The notes under the pieces: generated by a model
Database searches by the model: none
What the model saw: the letters and a program-made list of their open reading frames with translations, nothing else
What the model was told of the DNA's origin: nothing
In this document: in pieces, positions 1 to 6,445 of the stretch
Layout of the letters: each line of letters starts with the position of its first letter
Numbering within the stretch: the stretch's first letter is position 1
Source: Mucisphaera calidilacus
GTDB lineage: Bacteria; Planctomycetota; Phycisphaerae; Phycisphaerales; Phycisphaeraceae
Direction of reading: 5' to 3'
NCBI RefSeq assembly: GCF_007748075.1
Contig: NZ_CP036280.1
Location: 3,000,001 to 3,032,000, forward strand
DNA: 32,000 bases
Made by a program: the position numbers and the translations under genes

Positions 1-31
1 CCTCGATGATCTGCTGGATGTTCTGTGTCTT

Positions 32-829
32 GTGCCCTGGTGGATGGGCCCACCACTGATCTTCCTGGTCTGGTGGCTGTTACACGATCTCGTGCCGACG
101 CTGGCGACCGACTACTGGCCCGGGCGAGACCACGAGCTTGCGAAGCCCGGCATCCAGTTGCTGACCACGATGTCGGTGACCTTCTCGCCTGTTATCGCGG
201 GGGTGGTTGGTCTTGTCTGGGTGGTAGCGTTGCTTAAGAAGATGGGGCGCAGCCGTCGGCTGGAGCGGCAAACGGGGATCGAGAGCATCCGTTCGCTGTC
301 GTGGCGAGAGTTCGAGTTGCTGCTGGGCGAAGCCTTCCGTCGCCAGCGTTACATGGTCGAGGATACGGGCGGCGTCGCGGACGGCGGCGTCGATCTGATT
401 CTCTCCAGACGTGGGCAGGTGACGCTGGTGCAGGCCAAGCAATGGAAGGCGAGGAAAGTAGGCGTCAAGATCGTACGTGAGTTGTTCGGCGTCCAGATCT
501 CTCGCCAAGCGCACGATGCCATCGTCGTGACCAGCGGCGACTACACGCGTGAGGCCAGGCAATTCGCTGCGTCGAACGGTGTCAAGCTCGTCGATGGTCC
601 TGTGCTCGAGCGGATGATCGCTGACGTGCAACGCTCCGGCCGCGTTCAGCCAACACCCAAAACACGGTCATCGTCAACCAAGACCGCGACGGCTGCCGCT
701 AACCCCCGATGCCCGAAATGCGGAAAACCCATGGTGCAACGTGTCGCACAACGAGGAGCCAACGCCGGGCAGGCCTTCTGGGGTTGTAGCGGCTATCCCA
801 GCTGCCGGGCCACACGGAGGGTGGGGTAG
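32..829 (+). CDS. Membrane-anchored Mrr-like (Mrr_cat, PD-(D/E)xK) restriction endonuclease with C-terminal topoisomerase-type C4 zinc ribbon
   Basis: ORF 32-829 starts at GTG 32, but the frame stays open to the window start, so the true start may lie upstream. Two N-terminal hydrophobic helices (PPLIFLVWWLL, SPVIAGVVGLVWVVALL). Mrr_cat-like core (GGVDLILS...VTLVQAKQW...VVTSGDYTREA). C-terminal CPKCGKPM...WGCSGYPSC zinc-ribbon motif. Confidence 0.75.
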   Translation: MPWWMGPPLIFLVWWLLHDLVPTLATDYWPGRDHELAKPGIQLLTTMSVTFSPVIAGVVGLVWVVALLKKMGRSRRLERQTGIESIRSLSWREFELLLGEAFRRQRYMVEDTGGVADGGVDLILSRRGQVTLVQAKQWKARKVGVKIVRELFGVQISRQAHDAIVVTSGDYTREARQFAASNGVKLVDGPVLERMIADVQRSGRVQPTPKTRSSSTKTATAAANPRCPKCGKPMVQRVAQRGANAGQAFWGCSGYPSCRATRRVG

Positions 830-1261
830 GAGCAACCTGTCGACACACGCAAGCACGTCATCCGGCACACTCATGATCAAGACAATTGCGTCCCAGTAGC
901 TTAGCCTCTTTCATGTTGACGCCGGTTCGGAGGTATCGCCGAATATAACGATTACGTTCGTCTCGTGGTACGATTTATCAGCAATTATCTACTTCTCTTT
1001 GCTGGGCTGGCACGCCAGATCTCGGCCGGCTCTGTCAGCATGTATTAGGCCGGCTCCGTCCCCTTGAAGTAGCTAGTTATCGGCGTACGGGTACCTAGTC
1101 GTCTTGCCAGATCTCAATCTTGACACGGTGTGCTCGTCGAGCCCACACCTGGGCGCCGAAGGCTGGAACCTCGTCTGCCTGCTCTGGACCGCACGACAGG
1201 TCCACAACAAAGACCTGCCCGCGGAACTGGATGACTGGACCCTGGACCCGACAAAGACCGC

Positions 1262-1519
1262 ATGATCCACCTCACCCTTATCCTCCTGGCAGCCCTCGAA
1301 TCCGTCATCTACCTCTGGCGTATCCGATCGGCCAACCGATCCTCCGTCCTCTCCTCTTCCCTCTCCGCCGTTGCCGTACAAGCCGTCAGAGTGACGGGTA
1401 TGGGCTCCGTGGTCTACACGATGGATCAGGGTGACCTCTGGCCCCTCCTCAGCTACGTCGCCGCTACGGGCCTCTTCACGGCCCTCACGCATCACCTGCT
1501 ATCATGCGCGGATGCTTAA
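1262..1519 (+). CDS. Hypothetical small membrane protein (85 aa)
   Basis: ATG ORF with hydrophobic segments (MIHLTLILLAALESVIYLW, LWPLLSYVAATGLFTAL). Its stop overlaps the next ORF's ATG (ATGCTTAA at 1512-1519). No family recognised. Confidence 0.3.
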   Translation: MIHLTLILLAALESVIYLWRIRSANRSSVLSSSLSAVAVQAVRVTGMGSVVYTMDQGDLWPLLSYVAATGLFTALTHHLLSCADA

Positions 1520-1694
1520 CAAGCGACCCACCAACAGACAGCTCCTCATCATCATTGCTCTCCTCGCTCAGATGGCCTTCACAGCCATCCTCCACAGCGA
1601 ACATATCACCGACAGAACTACCCCCGCAGGGTTCTCCCACCTCATAAGCCTCGGCGTCATGACACTGACGATCTTCTGGACCAAACCCGAGTAA
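1512..1694 (+). CDS. Hypothetical small membrane protein (60 aa)
   Basis: Internal ATG of track ORF 1431-1694 (MLNKRPTNRQLLIIIALLAQMAF...GVMTLTIFW). The 8-nt overlap with the preceding ORF suggests coupling. No family recognised. Confidence 0.25.
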   Translation: MLNKRPTNRQLLIIIALLAQMAFTAILHSEHITDRTTPAGFSHLISLGVMTLTIFWTKPE

Positions 1695-1853
1695 CCCCGA
1701 AATTTCGTGGCGCCGTCGACTCGGGGGTATCTATGGGATTCGGGGGACCGAAAGATCCCTCCCCTAAGAATGTGCGCCTCTCCCCGAATCCTGATCCAGA
1801 TCTGATGCTCGTTATCGGCGACAATTCGGCCTTTGTTTGGAAAGGCCATTTTG

Positions 1854-2120
1854 ATGAAGAAGTCGAGATTTACCGAGGAGCAGATCGCGTTCGCACTCCG
1901 CCAGGCCGAGGGTGGTACGCCGGTGAAGGAGGTCTGCCGGAAGCTGGGTGTGCATGAGCAGACCTTCTACCGGTGGAAGAAGCAGTTCGCGGGTATGGGC
2001 GTGGCGGAGTTGCGCAAGCTCAAGCAGCTAGAGGAAGAGAACTCGAAGCTCAAGCGACTGGTGGCCGACCTGAGCCTGGATCGTCAGATCCTGCAGGACG
2101 CCCTCAAGGGAAAGCTCTAA
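1854..2120 (+). CDS. IS3-family transposase OrfA (HTH)
   Basis: MKKSRFTEEQIAFALRQAEGGTPVKEVCRKLGVHEQTFYRWKKQFAGMG...leucine-zipper-like LKQLEEENSKLKRLVADLSLD. Typical IS3/IS407-group OrfA. The track ORF starts at 1833, but the MKKSRF start is conserved in the second copy. Confidence 0.85.
   Translation: MKKSRFTEEQIAFALRQAEGGTPVKEVCRKLGVHEQTFYRWKKQFAGMGVAELRKLKQLEEENSKLKRLVADLSLDRQILQDALKGKL
2108..2114 (+). promoter_or_regulatory. Candidate -1 programmed ribosomal frameshift heptamer G_GGA_AAG (orfA->orfB)
   Basis: GGGAAAG sits in X_XXY_YYZ phase with the orfA frame (aaG GGA AAG), 2 codons before the orfA stop. A -1 slip reads GKALKPDHRRAMANR..., which is the orfB frame. Confidence 0.55.
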
Positions 2121-2673
2121 AGCCTGATCATCGCCGTGCGATGGCCAATCGAACGCAGCTCAAGTACGGCGTCAGCGAGCGTCGTGCGTGCAAGGTCCTG
2201 GGCCATGCAAGGGCGACGCAGCGTTACCAGAGCGTGGCGGATGATCAGGCAGCCCTTCGAAGCAGGATCAAGCAGATCGCTGGGGTCCATGTGACCTGGG
2301 GTTATCTTCGGATCTGGGTGAAGCTCCGACGCGAAGGCCATCATGTGAACAAGAAGCGTGTCTACCGTCTATACCGTGAAGAAGGCTTGGCGATGAGCCG
2401 GCGGCATAAGCCGCGTCGCCATCGCAGCAGTATGCACCGTCTCGAGCAGACCACCGCAACATGCGCGAACCAGAGTTGGTCGATGGACTTCATGGCCGAT
2501 GAGCTGTTCGACGGCCGTCGGTTCCGGCTGTTGACGTTAGTGGATGACTTTACGCGTGAGAGTCTGGCGATCGAGATCGGCCAGCGTCTGGGTGGTGTCG
2601 AGGTCGCATCGGTTCTAAGTGGTGTCGCCAGGGACCGAGGGGCTCTTCCAGAGAAGATCCGAGTCGACAATGG
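2108..2673 (+). pseudogene. IS3-family transposase OrfB, N-terminal part (interrupted at VDNG by the nested IS)
   Basis: Frame of track ORF 1973-2683: YGVSERRACKVLGHARATQRY...WSMDFMADELFDGRRFRLLTLVDDFTRESLAIEIG...IRVDNG (rve integrase core, first D). Homology stops at 2673. Confidence 0.8.
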
Positions 2674-2756
2674 AAAACTATGAAAGCCGGGTACACCGGG
2701 GGATGATCGGACACGTGTCCGACGTGTGCCCCGACCCTTTATCAGGAGACCCGGCG

Positions 2757-3802
2757 ATGCAACTACTGGCGATCGACCTCGGCAAATTCAAGAGTGTGGC
2801 GTGCCTCTATCGTGGTGATGATGACACGGAGTTCCGGACGATCGAGACCCGGCCACAGGTGATCCACGATCTGCTGACGGAGTGTGAGCCGGAGCGATTG
2901 GTGGTGGAGGTGGGGACAGTGACGGGCTGGGTGCACGACCTGGCGGCGGCTCTGGGGATCGAGGTGCAGGTCGCCAACCCGAATACCGAGGGCTGGCGTT
3001 GGCGTCGGGTCAAGCGTAAGACGGACCGAGACGACGCATTGAAGCTCGCTCGGCTATCGGCGGCAGGTCAACTGCCAACGGTGTGGATGCCCAAGCCGCG
3101 GGTTCGGCAGTGGCGTTCGCTCATCCACTACCGGCACGCATTGGTGAGCCGGCGGACGGCGATCCGCAACAACATCCGATCGGTGCTGGACGCTCAGGGA
3201 CTTGGTCTGGCGATGGGCAAGAAGGCGTGGACCGAGGAGGGCATGCTTCGTGTGGCGGAGATCGCCAAGCCGATTGTGTCGTGCTCGGCGGATGAGTTGT
3301 GGCGCGGTCAGCTCGATGTCGAGGCGACCTTGCTGGTACAGCTGCAATCGCAGCTCCAAGCGGTTGAAGACAGGCTTGATGCGCTCGCGGCGACCGACGC
3401 CCGCACGGCTCGGCTTCGCACGATCCCGGGCGTGGGCCCACGTCTGAGCGAGGCGGTGGTAGCTTGGGTGGACGACCCGGAGCGATTCCGCAATGCCAGG
3501 GCCGTGGGCTCGTACGTCGGCCTGGTTCCCCGGCGGCGGCAGTCGGGGACCTACGACCGTTCGGGGCGTGTGACCAAGCAGGGCCCGAGTCTCTTGCGGA
3601 AGCTACTGGTGGAGGTGGCTTGGATCATGCGGCAGCACAATCCGCACGCGGAGGCGTTGTTCAGGAAGCTGAGCAAGGGGAGCGGAGCCGGCACAAGCAG
3701 GCGATGGTGGCCTTGGCTCGGCGGGTGCTGACCTGGTGCTGGGCGATCTTGCGGGATGGCAGCACGTGGGACCCCGAACGGATCGGGTTGGAAGCGGCCT
3801 AG
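2757..3802 (+). pseudogene. IS110-family DEDD transposase, apparent frameshift near 3675-3695
   Basis: MQLLAIDLGK (D), VVEVGT (E), KRKTDRDDALKLARL (DD), then TIPGVGPRLSEAVVAWVDDPERFRNARAVGSYVGLVPRRRQSGTYDRSGRVTKQGPSLLRKLLVE (Transposase_20). The conserved C-terminus HKQAMVALARRVLTWCWAILRDG lies in another frame (track ORF 3464-3802). The frames switch around the GGGG run at 3677-3680. Confidence 0.8.
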
Positions 3803-4061
3803 AGCGGTGTTGATCTTAGACCGATGAGGAGCCTTGGTTGATGCGAAGATTGCTACGACCGCGGCGGCAGAGCTCGAGAACTCTGGTGAGCCTTAGCTCG
3901 ACAACGGAAATGAGCGCCGCCGTGTCGCAAAGTTGAATGGGCCCACCCCCAAACGGTGGTCAACCCGGATAGTGACCTAAACCGATCTCGCTGCATCAAG
4001 GCCAACAGACTTAACGGAGAAAAAGCATGAGCTGAATGTTGACAACCCCGGCTTCATAGTG
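3803..4061 (+). ncRNA. Candidate IS110-family bridge/seek RNA region (3' non-coding end)
   Basis: 259-nt non-coding tail. It contains tcgacaacggaaa (3898-3910), matching the left insertion junction tcgacaatggaaa (2664-2676) at 12/13. It also contains ctcgctgca (3987-3995), the exact reverse complement of the right junction tgcagcgag (4060-4068). RNA boundaries and promoter were not determined. Confidence 0.35.
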
Positions 4062-4346
4062 CAGCGAGTTCACGAGCAAGCGGCTGGACCAGTGGGCCTA
4101 CGAGCAAGGTGTCCGTCTGGACTTCAGTCGGCCAGGAAAACCCACGGATAACGGGCTGATCGAAGCCTTCAACGGTCGTCTGCGTCAAGAGTGCTTGAAC
4201 GAGAGTTGGTTCCTGAGCCTGGAGGATGCCCGGGAGAAGCTCGAAGCCTGGCGAACTGATTACAATCTCCATCGACCTCATAGCGCGTTGGGCAACCTGG
4301 CCCCCAGCGAGTTCGCTTCAACCGGCCAGGCATGCCTGGCCGGTTG
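4062..4346 (+). pseudogene. IS3-family transposase OrfB, C-terminal part
   Basis: Translates to SEFTSKRLDQWAYEQGVRLDFSRPGKPTDNGLIEAFNGRLRQECLNESWF...YNLHRPHSALGNLAPSEFASTGQACLAG* (rve second D and E, IS3 C-terminal signature). In frame with 2108-2673 once the nested IS is removed. Confidence 0.8.
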
Positions 4347-4483
4347 AAGCCTCGATCTTCTCGCTTCGCTTGGATCAGAAACTGGTTGCGGGTCAATTAT
4401 GCCAGAAGTAAGTTTTACACCTGGCACCAAACCCGGGGGGAGGTCAATGCAGGGTGGGCTATTGATATACTAATGGGACTGGA

Positions 4484-4714
4484 ATGGGTATTATTAAAAG
4501 AATATTAATCGGTGTCCCGATCGTAGTATTAGTGACTATTCCTATGCACTATACGGCCGACTACTTGTTCCGTGCGCAGGCGTCTCTTTGGGGGGCTTTC
4601 GTGAACTCTTTGTCTTACTGTGTACTTGCCGTGATTGCAGTGGAGCTGTATCTCCTATGGCGGGGATCGTCCAATTCTAATGGCCGACCTACTGATCCGC
4701 ATGACTCCGGATGA
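4484..4714 (+). CDS. Hypothetical small membrane protein (76 aa) in an AT-rich pocket between IS ends
   Basis: ATG ORF with two hydrophobic helices (ILIGVPIVVLVTIPM, LSYCVLAVIAVELYLLW). Locally low GC. No family recognised. Confidence 0.3.
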   Translation: MGIIKRILIGVPIVVLVTIPMHYTADYLFRAQASLWGAFVNSLSYCVLAVIAVELYLLWRGSSNSNGRPTDPHDSG

Positions 4715-4736
4715 CCCGCCCTCGGTTGCTGTGTGC

Positions 4737-4797
4737 GTCGTAACGCTTACCACTGGCTGATCTCCAGGGGTTCCAGAGCTGTCCGTGCGTAGCGGAG
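4737..4797 (-). repeat. 61-nt copy A of an unclassified repeat (inverted relative to copy B at 24475-24531)
   Basis: The reverse complement of 4737-4797 aligns by hand to 24475-24531: 52 identical of 57 aligned positions plus one 4-nt indel (cacg). Similarity ends sharply at the gcgttacgac end in both copies. Confidence 0.7.
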
Positions 4798-4813
4798 GGC
4801 GGCTCTGGAACCA

Positions 4814-4976
4814 AGACCTCCGGTGCCGGCGTGCCGCCCTCGGCCTGACGTAATGCGAACGCGATCTGTTCTTCCGTAAATCTCGACTTCTTCATCCAAA
4901 TGGCCTTTACAGACAAAGGCCGAATTGTCGCCGAATACGAGCATCAACAATGGATCAGGATCCGAGGAGAGGCGCA
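4814..4976 (-). mobile_element. Solo left-end remnant of a second IS3-family copy (IRL plus first ~23 codons of orfA)
   Basis: The reverse complement reads TGCGCCTCTCCTCGGATCCTGATCC...ATGAAGAAGTCGAGATTTACGGAAGAACAGATCGCGTTCGCA (MKKSRFTEEQIAFALRQAEGGTP). It is colinear with 1773-1925, and similarity is lost after ~4814. Confidence 0.75.
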
Positions 4977-5059
4977 GGGCCTAGATTGCGCTATTCTGGG
5001 ATCAGAGTGACGCAGATAATTCAATCACTGGTGGGCACCTCAGTCCCACGGGAGATCTA

Positions 5060-6445
5060 TTACCTGCCGGGACTTCGACCTCCATTAGGTGAAATCGAAG
5101 GCGGGAAGCCGGGATACGGATAACGCGTCTTGCTGATCAACCACATGAACAGTGGGGTGCACAGATAAGCAATGCCACCGAAGACGAAAGCGTACCGATA
5201 GTCATTACTCGCCCATAGGATCACCCAACCGGATAGCTGTGCACCGATGATCTGAAGTATCCGGCAGAATATCTGATTCGCACTTAACAGCTGGCCAAAG
5301 CGATCCTGAGGCAGATACGCAAAGAGCATCGGCAACAGTGTCGCTGTGAGGACCCCGTTCGCTGCTGCGAAGAGGACATAAACGACGACCAGCATAGACT
5401 GGCTTTCCGCGAGAAGAAGACCGATCTGTAGAGCTCCAACAACCGCGCAGCCCGCACCCCAGAGTAGTTTCGGCCCCGAGCGGTCGATCAGCCAACCCGC
5501 CGGTATGAGGAACAGCATTGAGGTGGCGGTGCCGATGGCAAGCAGATTCCCTAGATACTCGCTGCTCAGGCCAAGCCCCACGTCCTCACTCGTGACGTAG
5601 ATATTGAAGTAGCTTCCCATCACTGGGCCGCCTAACGCGGTGGCACCAATAACAAAACCCAACAGTATGATGTACCGATTACCGAAGCCCAGCTTGGCGT
5701 AGTCAGTAACCGCAGACATCAATGTCTTGCGTGCAGGAGGCGGAGGGTACTTGCCCTCCTTCACCAGAATCAGCATCCCCATCTCAACGATGAAGGCCAG
5801 CGTAGAGATCCCAATGAAGACGGCGACGGGGTGATCATCAAAGAAGCGGAGAACACCCGCCTGAAAGAAGATCGCACCCACGCCCCCGATCAGCCTCATG
5901 CCCGCAACAAAGCGCCCCATTAGTTCTGGTGGCACCACATCGTTGTACAACGCATTGAGAATATTCGATCCCGCACCTGCAAACGAGATTAGTGCCAGCG
6001 GAATGATCGCGGCTGCGAAGGAGTCGACAAAGGGGAGCATCAGAAGCCCCACGTACCAGATCGGCGTCGTGAGGAAGTCGTAGGGTCGTCTACGTCCCCA
6101 GCGGGTCTGTGTCCGGTCGCTCATTGTTCCGATGATCGGAAAGACGAGCAGAGCTCCCAACGGAATGATCGCCAAGAGCGTGCCAATCTGCCCCGCATCC
6201 ATTCCCTTGCTATGCAGCAGCAGTGGCAGCAGTACCGGGAAAGCCACAAACTCGAGATTGAACGTGAATTGTCCCACAAAAAGGATAGAGAATAGCCGTG
6301 CAAGTCGAGCGCGTGTGTAAATAAGTGACCCACAGCGCCAGACTCTCCGGCCTTGCTCGTCATAGAGGTTGCCTTCTCGCTCGAAGACAGCCACTTCGGG
6401 TGGTACTTCCACGCTCGCTTGCTCCGCGAGATTGTCATCAGGCAT
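5060..6445 (-). CDS. MFS transporter, glycoside-pentoside-hexuronide (GPH)-type sugar:cation symporter
   Basis: Multi-pass membrane protein with a GPH-type loop, GTMSDRTQTRWGRRRPY. Start chosen at ATG 6445 (AGAGG 9 nt upstream; ATGCCTGA overlap with the upstream stop). The track ORF extends to 6478. Confidence 0.8.
   Translation of the reverse strand: MPDDNLAEQASVEVPPEVAVFEREGNLYDEQGRRVWRCGSLIYTRARLARLFSILFVGQFTFNLEFVAFPVLLPLLLHSKGMDAGQIGTLLAIIPLGALLVFPIIGTMSDRTQTRWGRRRPYDFLTTPIWYVGLLMLPFVDSFAAAIIPLALISFAGAGSNILNALYNDVVPPELMGRFVAGMRLIGGVGAIFFQAGVLRFFDDHPVAVFIGISTLAFIVEMGMLILVKEGKYPPPPARKTLMSAVTDYAKLGFGNRYIILLGFVIGATALGGPVMGSYFNIYVTSEDVGLGLSSEYLGNLLAIGTATSMLFLIPAGWLIDRSGPKLLWGAGCAVVGALQIGLLLAESQSMLVVVYVLFAAANGVLTATLLPMLFAYLPQDRFGQLLSANQIFCRILQIIGAQLSGWVILWASNDYRYAFVFGGIAYLCTPLFMWLISKTRYPYPGFPPSISPNGGRSPGR

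Larger units (their letters stand above)
2674..4061 (+). mobile_element. IS110-family (IS1111-like) insertion sequence nested inside IS3 orfB
   Basis: Removing 2674-4061 restores gtc gac aat ggC AGC gag ttc, which reads VDNGSEF. Subterminal inverted repeats ACTATGAAAGCCGGG (2677-) and ACTATGAAGCCGGGG (reverse complement of the right end). Short 83-nt 5' and long 259-nt 3' non-coding ends. Contains a DEDD transposase gene. Confidence 0.8.
1773..4446 (+). mobile_element. IS3-family insertion sequence (IS407-like orfA/orfB), inactivated by a nested IS
   Basis: Terminal inverted repeats read outside-in: TGCGCCTCTCCCCGAATCC (from 1773) and TGACCTCCCCCCGGGTTTGG (from 4446). ATG lies on both flanks (1770-1772, 4447-4449), a possible 3-bp target duplication. 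orfA plus a -1 frame orfB. Length is 1286 bp once the 1388-bp insert is removed. Ends are approximate to a few nt. Confidence 0.8.

Noticed and set aside
1073-1495. Overlapping ORFs at 1073-1495 (-), 1114-1308 (-) and 1120-1434 (+), plus an ATG-less minus frame ending ...RVKIEIWQDD* at 1095
   Set aside because: They are mutually overlapping with no domain signatures and low-complexity Arg/Gly/Ser/Pro composition or no start codon. There is not enough evidence to call any of them.
2619-2756. N-terminal 46-aa extension of the IS110-type transposase ORF in the track
   Set aside because: It is read-through from IS3 orfB and the IS left end. Family-typical sequence starts at MQLLAIDLGK (ATG 2757).
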